Below are positions 28,591-38,368 of a stretch of 64,000 nucleotides of DNA, piece after piece. Made by a program: the position numbers and the translations under genes. Source of the stretch: a virus; IMG/VR virus record IMGVR_UViG_3300021963_009201, positions 64,001-128,000 of that record; one strand, 5' to 3'. Under the pieces are notes generated by a model. It was given only the letters and a program-made list of their open reading frames with translations, was not told the DNA's origin and did not search any database. Position 1 is the stretch's first letter. Every line of letters begins with the position of its first letter.

Positions 28591-29779
28591 TTCTGGCGAT
28601 AAGTATACCAACCAGTGGAAGTACGTTGAGGTGGCACGCTACGTAGAGGGTCTAGGTAGGGTGATACGCGATAAGGTTGGCAATGATCCAGTCTTTTACG
28701 ATACCGCAAAAATTTGCGATTACGCAGATAAAAACAGTAATCGTGGAATTTACACTTCCGTCTTTCAGTACAATGAGCCATCGTTATCCGAGTCGGTAAG
28801 GCTTGGGTCTCTATACTTCGACTTAGATTCTGACAATTTGGATCATTCGCACGAAGAAGTTAAAAAGTTGTACTCTTTCTTTAGCGATTTTATGCCAGAA
28901 AACTCTATACGAGTATACTTTACGGGGTTTAAAGGCTTCCATGTCGAATTGGAAGCTTTGACTTTAGGGGTAACCCCTAGCAATTCATTGCACGAGATAT
29001 TTAGGTATATCGCTAACGACATAAAAGGACAACTCAGCCTGGAAACAGTAGACTTTGCCGTGTACGACCCTAGGCGTATGTGGCGACTTCCTGGATCTAT
29101 GCATCAAAAAACCGGCTTATTTAAAAATGATTTATCTTTTGATAAAGATTTAATATTTAGTGATATTAAAACAATCCAGTCTTTTTGTCGCACACGTCGC
29201 ATTTTTGAGTTTGAAGAGCAAAAATTTGACCTAAAATCCAACGAATGGTATAGGTCGTATATTTATAAAAGGGAAGAAGAAAAGCAGGAAAGCAAATATA
29301 CTCAGCAGTATTTGCTCGATCGGTTCAGGAAGCAGGGGACGTCAGTCCTTAAGACAGTTGAAGAAGATAAGATTTTTGATCCGCAAAGATTGTTTAAAAA
29401 CTGTCCTTCCATCATGCGTATTTGGGAAAAAGCAGAAAAAGAAAAGCATCTAGAGCACGAAGAAAGACTATTTTTATGTTCAATTTTAACGTATTCAGAT
29501 GATGCACTTTTTTACCTGCATGAAATACTAAAGAATTGTGGTGATTATAATTTCGAAAAATCCCAAGCACATATTGACGACTGGATTAAGAGGAGGGAAC
29601 TTGGGATCGGTGGCAGGCCATATACATGCGACCGCGCTAATTCTGTTGGGGTTGGTTGCGGGAACTGTGATTTAGATAAAAGAAAAAAATGGATTAAAGT
29701 CGGAGATTCGTATGTTGAAACAGACGAAGAGTCTTCGCCTTCACCAATACGCTTTGCGTATACAAGACTAAAGGATTAA
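28577..29779 (+). CDS. archaeo-eukaryotic primase (AEP) fused to a PriL-like Fe-S domain
   Basis: YFDLDSD (motif I), FTGFKGFHV (motif II), YDPRRMWRLPGS; C-terminal CPSI...HEERL...PYTC...CGNC. Confidence 0.8.
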   Translation: MRLPDSGDKYTNQWKYVEVARYVEGLGRVIRDKVGNDPVFYDTAKICDYADKNSNRGIYTSVFQYNEPSLSESVRLGSLYFDLDSDNLDHSHEEVKKLYSFFSDFMPENSIRVYFTGFKGFHVELEALTLGVTPSNSLHEIFRYIANDIKGQLSLETVDFAVYDPRRMWRLPGSMHQKTGLFKNDLSFDKDLIFSDIKTIQSFCRTRRIFEFEEQKFDLKSNEWYRSYIYKREEEKQESKYTQQYLLDRFRKQGTSVLKTVEEDKIFDPQRLFKNCPSIMRIWEKAEKEKHLEHEERLFLCSILTYSDDALFYLHEILKNCGDYNFEKSQAHIDDWIKRRELGIGGRPYTCDRANSVGVGCGNCDLDKRKKWIKVGDSYVETDEESSPSPIRFAYTRLKD

Positions 29780-29781
29780 GA

Positions 29782-29994
29782 ATGGCAAACGATGAAGATT
29801 ATATACACGGTTTTTGCACAGACTGTAGAAATAAAATGTCTGATAGCTGGATGATGAATAACCCTTTTGCTCAGGGCGGTAAAGCGCCATCATGCCCAAT
29901 ATGCGGTGGGGTTGTTGCGGTCATGGATTCTCGGAAAGCTAAAAAGCAGATTAATAAAGCACAAAGAGATCGCGGCATACCGGTGGTAGACTGA
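29782..29994 (+). CDS. zinc-ribbon protein
   Basis: CTDC and CPIC. Confidence 0.65.
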   Translation: MANDEDYIHGFCTDCRNKMSDSWMMNNPFAQGGKAPSCPICGGVVAVMDSRKAKKQINKAQRDRGIPVVD

Positions 29995-30206
29995 TGCCTA
30001 AGTATGACTTTAGGTGTCCAAAATGTTCAAGGGTTGAAGAATTTGACTATACAGATCCTGGCGCTAAATGTGAATGTTCTGGCGAAGCAGTCGATATGAA
30101 AAGGGTATACGCATTTGGTGGCACCCTATTGAAGGGTTCCGGTTGGTATTCTGTGGACAAAAGAAGGACTGATGGTGGAACAATCGGAATTGAAGATCCA
30201 ACTTAA
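29994..30206 (+). CDS. FmdB-like zinc-ribbon protein
   Basis: MPKYDFRCPKC...CEC...MKRVY...LKGSGWY. Confidence 0.8.
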   Translation: MPKYDFRCPKCSRVEEFDYTDPGAKCECSGEAVDMKRVYAFGGTLLKGSGWYSVDKRRTDGGTIGIEDPT

Positions 30207-30218
30207 GAAAGAATTATA

Positions 30219-33200
30219 GTGAAAAACTGGTGCAATCTGCACGTACATACAACTTTCTCGATGCTAGATGGGCATGGGAAGGTAGATAACTATGCGGAGA
30301 GAGCCGCCGAGCTTGGTATGACTGCGCTCGCCCAAACTGACCATGGCAACATACATGGTTGGCTTGATTTCTATGACGCATGCAAAAAGGTTCACATTAA
30401 ACCAATACTTGGCCTAGAAGCTTACCAGGCAAGGAAGTCAAGGTTTGATCGCGACGAAGAAGAAAGGTCTGGTCCCGCACAGAACGAATGGGATCAACGA
30501 GGACCTTACCATTTGACTGTGCTAGCTAGTAATGCGTCTGGTTATAAAAACCTTATTAAGCTATCGTCCAGGGCCTATACGGAAGGGTTTTACGTTAAGC
30601 CTAGAATAGATCACCAATTAATATCTGAACATAGTGATGGACTCATAGTTCTCTCTGGCTGCCTGAATGGTGAAGTCCAACAGGCCCTTTTGCGTGGAGA
30701 TTACGATACTGCCATTAAGCACGCATCAACCATGCAAGATATTGTGGGTAAAGATAACTACTTTATAGAAATACAGGATCATGGTCTAGCTGAGCAGAAG
30801 AAGGTTAAGGAACAGACGTTAGAAATAGCGAAAAAGATTGGCGCTAAAGTTGTCGTCACTGGAGACTGCCATTACGTGAATAAGTCAGACGCACACTTTC
30901 ATGACGTCATGTTGTGTTCTGGCACTAAATCTTTTATAGATCAAGAAAATCGTTTTCGTTTTAGTGGCGATGAATTTTACTTAAAATCTTACCAAGAAAT
31001 GGAAGCTACCTTCAATTCAGAATGGCTAGATAATACGCTCTTGGTAGCCGAGATGGTAAACATCGACCTTAAGTTTGACGAATTCCATTTCCCCGAGTTC
31101 CCCGACGTGCCGGCAGGTGTCTCTGTCGAAGCATACTTAGAGGAATTGGTCTGGGAAGGGATAAAGAAAAGATACGGCGATCCAATACCTAGTGACGTTG
31201 TAGCGCGAACAACTCACGAACTTGGTGTTGTTGGTCGAATGGGTTTCCCCCATTACTTTCTGGTCGTTTCGGATATTGTTAGATGGGCAAAGAATAACGA
31301 CATTAGGGTCGGTTGGGGTAGGGGATCTGCCGCGGGATCGATTTTGTCGTATGCTTTGGAGATTACAAATTTAGATCCACTTAAATTTGGGCTTCTATTT
31401 GAAAGGTTCTTAGTAGAAGGCAGAAAGTCAATGCCTGATATTGATCTAGATTTTGACGACAGGCACAGAGATAAAGTAATTGAGTATGTAAGGTCAAGAT
31501 ATGGTAGAGACCATGTTGCACACATATGTACGTTCGGTACGGTTGGCGCACGAAGCGCTATACGCGACACTGCCAGGGTCTTGGGTTATGAGTATAAGGT
31601 CGGCGATGATATCGCTAAGCTAGTCCCGCCTGATGTACTTGGCGTATCTAAAACGCTAGACGAGGCGCTTGATTCTCCTGAGATGCGCAAAAAATATGAC
31701 TCAGATCCAGACGCTAAAGTCATTATAGATACAGCAAAAGGCATAGAGGGTATACATAGGCAAACGGGCATACATGCAGCAGGTGTGGTTATCTCTAAAA
31801 AGCCCTTAATTGAATATGTGCCAGTAATGCAGAAGGGCGAACAAGCGCCTGTTGTTACTCAATGGGACATGAATCGGGTGGAGCAAAATGGGCTTTTGAA
31901 AATTGATTTCCTAGGTTTACGGAATTTAGGTGTAGTTGATATGGCAGAAAAGCTTATTAATGAGCGCCACGGGATAGATGTCGACTGCTATAATCTCCCA
32001 TTAGATGACGACGCAGTGTACAAGTATCTTAGCGGTGGAAATTCTATGGGAATATTCCAGGTAGAGTCAAGGGGCATGCGCGATATGATGCTCTCTATGA
32101 GGCCGGATAGGATTGAGGACATCATGGCGCTCATATCACTTTATCGTCCTGGCCCACTTGGTTCTGGTATGGATAAAATATATATAGACAGAAAACATGG
32201 GCGCAAAAGCGCCGAGGTTCCACACCCAAAACTAGAAGACGTATTACAGAAGTCTCGTGGCGTCATGCTTTATCAAGAAGACGTAATCAATGTGGCTAGA
32301 GTATTGGCCGGCTTTAGTGCTTCTGAGGCTGATGACCTTAGGAAAGTTATTGGCAAAAAGCAAATGGACAAGGTCCACCTTTTGAGGGAGAAGTTTGTCG
32401 AAGGCTGTAAGAAGCACAGTGGTGTAAATGAAAATTTAGCGAATAAAATATATTCAGATATAGAATACTTCGCTGGTTACGGCTTCAATAAAGCCCACGC
32501 CGCATCGTATGCCGTTCTTTCCTATATTACGGCTTGGCTAAAATGTTTCTTCCCTATGGAGTATATGACGGCATTATTGACTTCTGTGGCTACGAATAAA
32601 GATAAGCTTTCGCCGTACCTTAATGAATGCAGAAAAATGGATATTAAAGTCCTTCCCCCGTCAATGAAGGACTCATCCTCTGATTTTACTATATCGGATG
32701 AAGATGAAATAATTTTTGGCTTTTCTGCAATTGATGGAATTGGCGACTCAAAAATACATGAAATTCTTGCCAATAGAGGCTCTACTAACATATGGGAATT
32801 CTTAAGGAATTGTGAATCCGGAGTAATAAATAAGGCCACACTTGAGCATTTGATAAAATCGGGTGCTTTTGATGAATTGTCCCCAGAAAGTAAAAGCGTA
32901 AACAGGTCTGACAAGCTTGATCTTTTAGAAATGGAAAAAGATGAGCTTGGTCTTTATGTGACTGACCACCCACTGTTGGAAGTTTGGGATTTTATTTTAC
33001 CAAAAGTTTCGTGCGATATAGAGAGTTTAAAAACCATATCTGATGGGGAATTAGTTAAGATAGGCGGAATTGTAGCCAAAAAGCAGTCTATTATGACTAA
33101 GGCAAATAAGCAAATGTACAGGCTTCAGATAGACGACGTAACGAGTAGCACTGAAGTTATAGTATTTCCCAAATACGCGCAAAAAGTGGTAGAAGCAAAT

Positions 33201-33545
33201 ATAGAATCAGGCTCGCTGGTTGTACTGAGCGGTAATGTAGCTTTTGAGGGTGATGAGGAAAATTTAATAGTTAAAATTTTATTATCTGATATAGAAAAGT
33301 TAGACATTTCATTACTTCATGGGGGGAAGCCAATTAGGTTATCGGTTCGAGAAAAACCACATTATGGCCAAATAGTCAAAATAAGTGATATAATCAATAA
33401 TGTGTCAGGAGACTGTCCAGTGTACCTTGAGTTCCCTGATGGCAACAATCTTATGACTATGAAGTTCAAAGGGTCTACTTCGTCGAGCATAGAGGAAGAT
33501 CTTAAGAAAATTATACAAATATTTGAATTTGAAATGGAGAATTGA
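30219..33545 (+). CDS. dnaE: DNA polymerase III alpha subunit (family C)
   Basis: PHP LHVHT...DG, GRGSAAGS, MPDIDLDFD, HAAGVVI, KIDFLGLRNL, YGFNKAHA, HhH and OB fold. No intein. Confidence 0.96.
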   Translation: MKNWCNLHVHTTFSMLDGHGKVDNYAERAAELGMTALAQTDHGNIHGWLDFYDACKKVHIKPILGLEAYQARKSRFDRDEEERSGPAQNEWDQRGPYHLTVLASNASGYKNLIKLSSRAYTEGFYVKPRIDHQLISEHSDGLIVLSGCLNGEVQQALLRGDYDTAIKHASTMQDIVGKDNYFIEIQDHGLAEQKKVKEQTLEIAKKIGAKVVVTGDCHYVNKSDAHFHDVMLCSGTKSFIDQENRFRFSGDEFYLKSYQEMEATFNSEWLDNTLLVAEMVNIDLKFDEFHFPEFPDVPAGVSVEAYLEELVWEGIKKRYGDPIPSDVVARTTHELGVVGRMGFPHYFLVVSDIVRWAKNNDIRVGWGRGSAAGSILSYALEITNLDPLKFGLLFERFLVEGRKSMPDIDLDFDDRHRDKVIEYVRSRYGRDHVAHICTFGTVGARSAIRDTARVLGYEYKVGDDIAKLVPPDVLGVSKTLDEALDSPEMRKKYDSDPDAKVIIDTAKGIEGIHRQTGIHAAGVVISKKPLIEYVPVMQKGEQAPVVTQWDMNRVEQNGLLKIDFLGLRNLGVVDMAEKLINERHGIDVDCYNLPLDDDAVYKYLSGGNSMGIFQVESRGMRDMMLSMRPDRIEDIMALISLYRPGPLGSGMDKIYIDRKHGRKSAEVPHPKLEDVLQKSRGVMLYQEDVINVARVLAGFSASEADDLRKVIGKKQMDKVHLLREKFVEGCKKHSGVNENLANKIYSDIEYFAGYGFNKAHAASYAVLSYITAWLKCFFPMEYMTALLTSVATNKDKLSPYLNECRKMDIKVLPPSMKDSSSDFTISDEDEIIFGFSAIDGIGDSKIHEILANRGSTNIWEFLRNCESGVINKATLEHLIKSGAFDELSPESKSVNRSDKLDLLEMEKDELGLYVTDHPLLEVWDFILPKVSCDIESLKTISDGELVKIGGIVAKKQSIMTKANKQMYRLQIDDVTSSTEVIVFPKYAQKVVEANIESGSLVVLSGNVAFEGDEENLIVKILLSDIEKLDISLLHGGKPIRLSVREKPHYGQIVKISDIINNVSGDCPVYLEFPDGNNLMTMKFKGSTSSSIEEDLKKIIQIFEFEMEN

Positions 33546-33955
33546 TGGAATATTTGGCCCCAAAGGGTACCTATAGGGATCCATTTACTCGGCACTGCTG
33601 GAAAACTTGTGGGTCGTGCGGGAGGTGCGAGAATAAAGGCAGTAGATCTCAATGTAACGGCTGTAGCGGTAGGGTTGATGAGTTAGGGCAAAAAGTTCCA
33701 CATATTGACGACAGGTGCAGGTGTACCGAAGGTATTCTCCAGCTTGTAAATAAAGATGGGAAAATGTTTCAGGTTAGAATGCCGCGCAATCCTTTTGCCG
33801 GAACTGTAACTCATGAAGCAAAAAGTCAAGATGAACAAGACTACGAAGCCTACCTTAATGAACAAAGAGAAAAGTTTGACAACCCAAACTGGGATGCCGT
33901 AACTTTTGATGATGGTGGCAGTGTCCAGGATTGGTCTAACTCAAGGCGAGGGTGA
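33545..33955 (+). CDS. Cys-rich hypothetical protein
   Basis: CWKTCGSCGRC, CNGC, CRC; TGATG coupling to dnaE. Confidence 0.65.
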   Translation: MEYLAPKGTYRDPFTRHCWKTCGSCGRCENKGSRSQCNGCSGRVDELGQKVPHIDDRCRCTEGILQLVNKDGKMFQVRMPRNPFAGTVTHEAKSQDEQDYEAYLNEQREKFDNPNWDAVTFDDGGSVQDWSNSRRG

Positions 33956-34137
33956 TAATGATAAAAAATGTCTATGAAAATGGCGACTCAATAATTGAGG
34001 TTAGAGTCCATAAGGATGGCTATGTAGACTACTGGGTTCAGGTTGGTCAAGCTGGACTAATTCTTGATAGCGACAATATCCTCGACTTAACGCAACTGCT
34101 AAATGCTGTGTGTACAGAGCTGTTGGGAGAATTATGA
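33952..34137 (+). CDS. hypothetical protein
   Basis: Coupled ORF. Confidence 0.55.
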   Translation: MIMIKNVYENGDSIIEVRVHKDGYVDYWVQVGQAGLILDSDNILDLTQLLNAVCTELLGEL

Positions 34138-34283
34138 ATTTAGAAGATGATTTTATGGAAATTGGGAATACTGGCTTGATACCTATTGGTGAAGGTTTGT
34201 TTTGGGACAAGAAAACAAATTCAATAGTAGAACTAAAAAAGGAGGACGAAGATGACGCAGAAGAAGATGCCAAAAGAAGTTAA
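34134..34283 (+). CDS. small acidic hypothetical protein (49 aa)
   Basis: Hand-translated MNLEDDFMEIGNTGLIPIGEGLFWDKKTNSIVELKKEDEDDAEEDAKRS; ATGA coupling. Confidence 0.5.
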   Translation: MNLEDDFMEIGNTGLIPIGEGLFWDKKTNSIVELKKEDEDDAEEDAKRS

Positions 34284-34602
34284 AATAGGTCCATATAAAT
34301 TTCAGATCAAAAATGATAAACCATCAATGGACTCCGCCAGGGTCAGGTTCGAATCAATTGAAGCTATTGGGTTTACGTCAACTCATGAACAGTGTATTTA
34401 TGTTGATCCAGATTTAGGCGATGACATGCGAGCTGAAACACTTTTGCATGAAATTATACATGGCATTTGCGAGGCTACAGGCATCTCTACTTCTTTCGAC
34501 GAAAAAGAAGAAGAAACATTTATCGCAACAGTTACACCATTGCTATTAGATGTCTTGCGTAGCAATAGTGAAGTAGTCGACTATATGTTAGGTTTAGAAT
34601 AA
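34252..34602 (+). CDS. HExxH zincin-like putative metallopeptidase
   Basis: ETLLHEIIHG followed by EEE; RBS GGAGG. Confidence 0.65.
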   Translation: MTQKKMPKEVKIGPYKFQIKNDKPSMDSARVRFESIEAIGFTSTHEQCIYVDPDLGDDMRAETLLHEIIHGICEATGISTSFDEKEEETFIATVTPLLLDVLRSNSEVVDYMLGLE

Positions 34603-34604
34603 TT

Positions 34605-35393
34605 ATGACAGTTAAGCTATTAGATGAATTAAGCGATTTTGAGAAGTTATCCTTAATACCGATAAGTTACTCTAGGTTAAATACTCTTGATATGTGTGAA
34701 GCAAAGTATTTTTTTTCATATATCCTCAAAGAACCCCAAGCATTTGGACACGCCGCAACGTTGGGCAACATATTGCATAAAGTCTTAGAGGAAAAATTAG
34801 AACCAAACAAAACCATAAGCAAAGACGACTTAGAGACGTTTATCTCGGAATACCATAGTCAAATCCCTTCTTACGATCCAAAATCTGAAATACCGGATAA
34901 TTTCCTTGTCGACGGGGAAAATATGATAACCGAGTTTATCGACCGCCATGACGGAGAATCTTTCAGTATCGAGTACAAAGAAAAAGGGTTTAGCATAGTT
35001 ATAGGCAATGCCTTAGTCAATGGGTATATTGATAGGGTCGACATAGTTGGTGACACTCTTTACATTACTGATTATAAGTCTGGAAAACGTGAAGAATCCC
35101 AAAAGAAAATACCATTTAATGTCCAGTTGGGCATATACGCCCTTGCTATGAAGCGGGAATATCCAGATAAACAAATTCATGCGTCACTTTATTATCTTCG
35201 CTCCGGAAAGCAAAAAGGCCACCTCTATACAGACGATGACCTTAATGCTATTGAGTTATTGATTATGGAACTTGTTAATAAATTGATTAATAAGAATAAC
35301 TTCTCTTATACGCCAAACTCTTTTATATGCTCATTTTGCGATTACGCAAAGAATGGGGTATGCTCAGTTGGTGCTAAGAGGGCGCGACATTAA
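34605..35393 (+). CDS. PD-(D/E)XK RecB/Cas4-like exonuclease
   Basis: SYSRLN...CEAKY, GNILHKVLE, EYKEK, GYIDRVD, ITDYKSG, QLGIYA, CSFC...C. Confidence 0.88.
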   Translation: MTVKLLDELSDFEKLSLIPISYSRLNTLDMCEAKYFFSYILKEPQAFGHAATLGNILHKVLEEKLEPNKTISKDDLETFISEYHSQIPSYDPKSEIPDNFLVDGENMITEFIDRHDGESFSIEYKEKGFSIVIGNALVNGYIDRVDIVGDTLYITDYKSGKREESQKKIPFNVQLGIYALAMKREYPDKQIHASLYYLRSGKQKGHLYTDDDLNAIELLIMELVNKLINKNNFSYTPNSFICSFCDYAKNGVCSVGAKRARH

Positions 35394-35554
35394 AAGGTTG
35401 CGCCCTCTAGGTTTACGTTTGCCATAACCTCTAAGGGGTCAATGTCGATATGGGAAAGCTCATATGCTTGCCCTGCGGGGACACCGTAATCAACGAGGTC
35501 GCAAAAAACGTTATCGGTTACTATCTGGATGAGTTGTTCATTTACTGTATTCAT
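35390..35554 (-). CDS. small hypothetical protein on the opposite strand (54 aa)
   Basis: MNTVNEQLIQIV...; start placed at the ATG just downstream of a near-consensus promoter. Confidence 0.55.
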   Translation of the reverse strand: MNTVNEQLIQIVTDNVFCDLVDYGVPAGQAYELSHIDIDPLEVMANVNLEGATF

Positions 35555-35561
35555 GTCGCTT

Positions 35562-35590
35562 ATTTTAGCACTCTTTCTTATGTGTTGCAA
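35562..35590 (-). promoter_or_regulatory. sigmaA-type promoter TTGCAA-17-(TGc)TAAAAT, probable leaderless
   Basis: -35 at 35590-35585, -10 at 35567-35562, ATG 7 nt after the -10. Confidence 0.6.
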
Positions 35591-35595
35591 CTTTT

Positions 35596-35624
35596 TTGAT
35601 TTTTTTTCTTAATTAGTGTAAAAT
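35596..35624 (+). promoter_or_regulatory. sigmaA-type promoter TTGATT-17-TAAAAT, divergent from the above
   Basis: -35 at 35596-601, -10 at 35619-24, then RBS GGAGG and ATG 35645. Confidence 0.55.
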
Positions 35625-35644
35625 TATCTTTTACGGAGGTTTAG

Positions 35645-36562
35645 ATGACTGCATCTTGGTCACCCATAGAGGATACGTTTCTCATAGAAAACGCTCACCG
35701 CATGTCTTATGAAGAGCTGTCATTATATCTGGATAAGACGCAGAATGCAATTAGGGAGAGAAGTATTATCCTAGATTGCGTATCATCGGTCTCGGGAGCC
35801 AAAAGCGTACACAAAGTCTGTGCTTACGCAGAATGTAGGAGAATTTTTAAAGTTAAAAAATCGGAGTACTTTAAAAATAATAAGATATTTTGTTCAGACG
35901 AATGCAAAAGTTTTTATGATGCACTTTTTTACCCAACTAAAGAAGAAATTGAAAAACAAATTACTGAGGGTAAAAGTTTTCAGGAAATATCCCAAAAGTT
36001 TAAAATGCCCCAAGGCGCTATGTATGAATGCTATTTGCGTTATGGTTTAAACGGACGTCCTAAAGATTTGGAAAAAATCTTATTGTTAAACCAACAAAAA
36101 TCTAAGGTAGAAAAAAGAAATACAGCACTAAATCAATCTGGCAGGTTTCCTATGACTAAGTTTAGGGGTGGCTATAAACCTTACCTTGGCGTCTCCGTAA
36201 GGAGCGGCTGGGAGAATAATGTTCTCTTATGGCTTAATCACCAGAGGATAAAATGGGATTATGAACCTGAGGTCTTTTACTTCAATGAAGTAAAGCGCGG
36301 AACTAAAGGTTATACACCTGATATATGGTTGAAGAAAGAAAAAATATGGATAGAAGTTAAAGGCTATCTATCGTCTGTTGATAAAACAAAAACAAAAAGA
36401 TTCAAAAAATACTACCCAGATCAATTTAAAAACCTGCATGTTATAACTAAAAATGATAAAGTAGAAAGTACAAAGTTTTTTCAAGATATGGGCGTACCAG
36501 TGTATGCTTTTTATGATGACATAAACGAAGGATTTAATCATTTACCAAATTGGATACACTAA
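35645..36562 (+). CDS. HTH/Zn-finger + endonuclease I (T7 gp3/TnsA-N-like) nuclease
   Basis: N-terminal HTH, CAYAEC...FCSDEC finger, C-terminal RSGWE...WDYEP...YTPDIWL...WIEVKGY. Confidence 0.7.
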   Translation: MTASWSPIEDTFLIENAHRMSYEELSLYLDKTQNAIRERSIILDCVSSVSGAKSVHKVCAYAECRRIFKVKKSEYFKNNKIFCSDECKSFYDALFYPTKEEIEKQITEGKSFQEISQKFKMPQGAMYECYLRYGLNGRPKDLEKILLLNQQKSKVEKRNTALNQSGRFPMTKFRGGYKPYLGVSVRSGWENNVLLWLNHQRIKWDYEPEVFYFNEVKRGTKGYTPDIWLKKEKIWIEVKGYLSSVDKTKTKRFKKYYPDQFKNLHVITKNDKVESTKFFQDMGVPVYAFYDDINEGFNHLPNWIH

Positions 36563-36569
36563 GGAACCT

Positions 36570-37421
36570 ATGCCTAAAGCTAAGTCTAAACCAAAAAAAG
36601 ATATTTCAAATCAATACTATACGCTGACAGAAGACGAGATACAAGACCTCATTTCTAAGGCTAAAGATGGCGTATCTAGCGCTCAAATGGAGCTTCTAAA
36701 GATATTTGAGCCTTTCCTGAGTAAATATGTAACGCTATTGCACTATGGTAAGTATAAACTTTCTGATTATGATATACGTCAGTTTATAAACCTTTTCGTA
36801 CCAGATAAAATGGTTGGCTTTTACCTAAAGCGCAATAAGCTTAATTCTGTGGGGCTTTCTAAGGTCCAGGAAACCGTACAGGGAATTAGATATATGGTGG
36901 AACGCTATGGCGACGAGGAGGATACAAGGCAGACTGTTCATCTTGCATTTCTTCAATGCCTAATGAATTATAAGAGGACAGAGTCTAAAGCTGGAGGTTA
37001 TGTTCCTTTTAGCGGGTATATTTATAGTTATTTTTATTTTATTTTAAGTAAACATGTTAAGACATTCCTAATTGATCAGCTTGGTAGAAAAACTTTTCCC
37101 TTAATCAGTGATGAGGATTTTGGCGAAACAGAATCTGACGAAAAGCCTCAAGGGTTTACTGCCCCACCTGAACCTTCGGTGGAGGACTTACTAGGGCCTG
37201 AGATAATTGACGAATTTTGGGTAGCTGGTGATACGGTTATCTTCCCTTTCGATAGAATCACTATGCAAGAACGGCAACTTTTAAAGTGGAGATTTGTTGA
37301 TGGTTACAAATCGAGCGAAATAGCACAAAGAATAACTGAACACCCTAATACCGTAAGGGAACATTTTAATAAAATAAGACTTAAATTAATGGATGCACTA
37401 ATGGAGAGCGAACTCTCTTAA
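36570..37421 (+). CDS. phage-encoded sigma-70-family sigma factor
   Basis: Region-2-like start (DEIQDLISKAKDG...AQMELLKIFEPFL) and region-4 HTH (QERQLLKWRFVDGYKSSEIAQRITEHPNTVREH). Confidence 0.75.
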   Translation: MPKAKSKPKKDISNQYYTLTEDEIQDLISKAKDGVSSAQMELLKIFEPFLSKYVTLLHYGKYKLSDYDIRQFINLFVPDKMVGFYLKRNKLNSVGLSKVQETVQGIRYMVERYGDEEDTRQTVHLAFLQCLMNYKRTESKAGGYVPFSGYIYSYFYFILSKHVKTFLIDQLGRKTFPLISDEDFGETESDEKPQGFTAPPEPSVEDLLGPEIIDEFWVAGDTVIFPFDRITMQERQLLKWRFVDGYKSSEIAQRITEHPNTVREHFNKIRLKLMDALMESELS

Positions 37422-37446
37422 GTCCTAAGAAAGTGGATTAAAAATT

Positions 37447-37617
37447 ATGACAACTGCTACAAACGACATTTCATACGCAAGGGACTTTTGCCTTAATTGC
37501 GGGCACTATCATCGCAAGGATAACTCTAGTAAACCATTTGACTGCATGTTAGGCCATGACTGTAAATGTAAGGAAAAGAACTTTTTACCAAGAAAAAATA
37601 AGGGTTCTTTTGGTTGA
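37447..37617 (+). CDS. small Cys/His-rich protein (56 aa)
   Basis: Hand-translated MTTATNDISYARDFCLNCGHYH...DCMLGHDCKCKE... Confidence 0.5.
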   Translation: MTTATNDISYARDFCLNCGHYHRKDNSSKPFDCMLGHDCKCKEKNFLPRKNKGSFG

Positions 37618-37627
37618 GTCAAATACC

Positions 37628-37640
37628 TATTACTAATATA
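37628..37640 (+). promoter_or_regulatory. candidate phage late promoter TATTACTAATATA
   Basis: Same core recurs at 39283 and 40497, each just upstream of a late/lysis gene. Confidence 0.5.
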
Positions 37641-37693
37641 GGGTGTCCACATAGTGTGGGATAAATCTTTTATTTAAGCTTAAAGGACCAAAT

Positions 37694-38368
37694 ATGAGTG
37701 TTAGATTCCAATTCAACCGCGGCACTGCAGCAGCATGGACTGCGTCAAACCTTGTTTTGACCGCCGGAGAAATGGGTGTTGAAACTGATACTGGCAAGTT
37801 CAAGGTTGGCGATGGGACAACTGCCTGGAACTCCCTTAGCTACTCTTCTGGCCCAACTGGACCTACGGGCCCTATTGGACCTACGGGCCCAACCGGGTCT
37901 ACTGGCCCGACCGGACCTACTGGAGCTGCCTCTACAGTGACCGGCCCAACCGGGTCTACTGGCCCGACCGGACCTACTGGTGCCACTGGATCCACTGGTC
38001 CTACCGGGGCGGCCTCAACTGTGACAGGCCCAACCGGGGCATCCGGCGACTGGTCTACAGCGCAGACGCTTAACTCACAAAGTGGCACATCCTACACTGT
38101 TCAGTCCACGGATGTTGGGAAACTTATAGTCACAACAGGTGCTGGTTCTGGCGGTATTGTTACTGTTACGGTTAATACTGGGCTGGGGTTAGTTGCCGGC
38201 CAAAGAATAGACTTATTGCAAACGGGAACCGGCCAAATTAGCATTGCGGGTACTGCAACAGTTAATGGAACGCCAACCAAAAAGACTAGAGCACAATATA
38301 GTGCAGCCACACTTATTTGCACGGCCACTGATACCTACGTAATCGTTGGCGATTTGGCGGCTTCGTAA
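37694..38368 (+). CDS. collagen-like tail fibre/decoration protein
   Basis: N-terminal RGTAAAW...[17 protein letters not shown] domain, GPT/GST/GAT triplet repeat, beta-rich C-terminus ending YVIVGDLAA. Confidence 0.8.
   Translation: MSVRFQFNRGTAAAWTASNLVLTAGEMGVETDTGKFKVGDGTTAWNSLSYSSGPTGPTGPIGPTGPTGSTGPTGPTGAASTVTGPTGSTGPTGPTGATGSTGPTGAASTVTGPTGASGDWSTAQTLNSQSGTSYTVQSTDVGKLIVTTGAGSGGIVTVTVNTGLGLVAGQRIDLLQTGTGQISIAGTATVNGTPTKKTRAQYSAATLICTATDTYVIVGDLAAS
37846..38050 (+). repeat. Gly-X-Thr collagen-coding repeat with an internal duplication
   Basis: Repeated GGCCCAACCGGGTCTACTGGCCCGACCGGACCTACTGG unit. Confidence 0.85.

Noticed and set aside
17940-33545. Inteins or introns in nrdJ, dnaB or dnaE
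   Set aside because: Lengths match intein-free homologues, frames are continuous, and no C...HN splice motifs or LAGLIDADG blocks were seen.
26648-35393. CRISPR-Cas locus suggested by Cas4-like genes
   Set aside because: No repeat-spacer array or other cas genes; solo PD-(D/E)XK nucleases are routine in phage replication modules.
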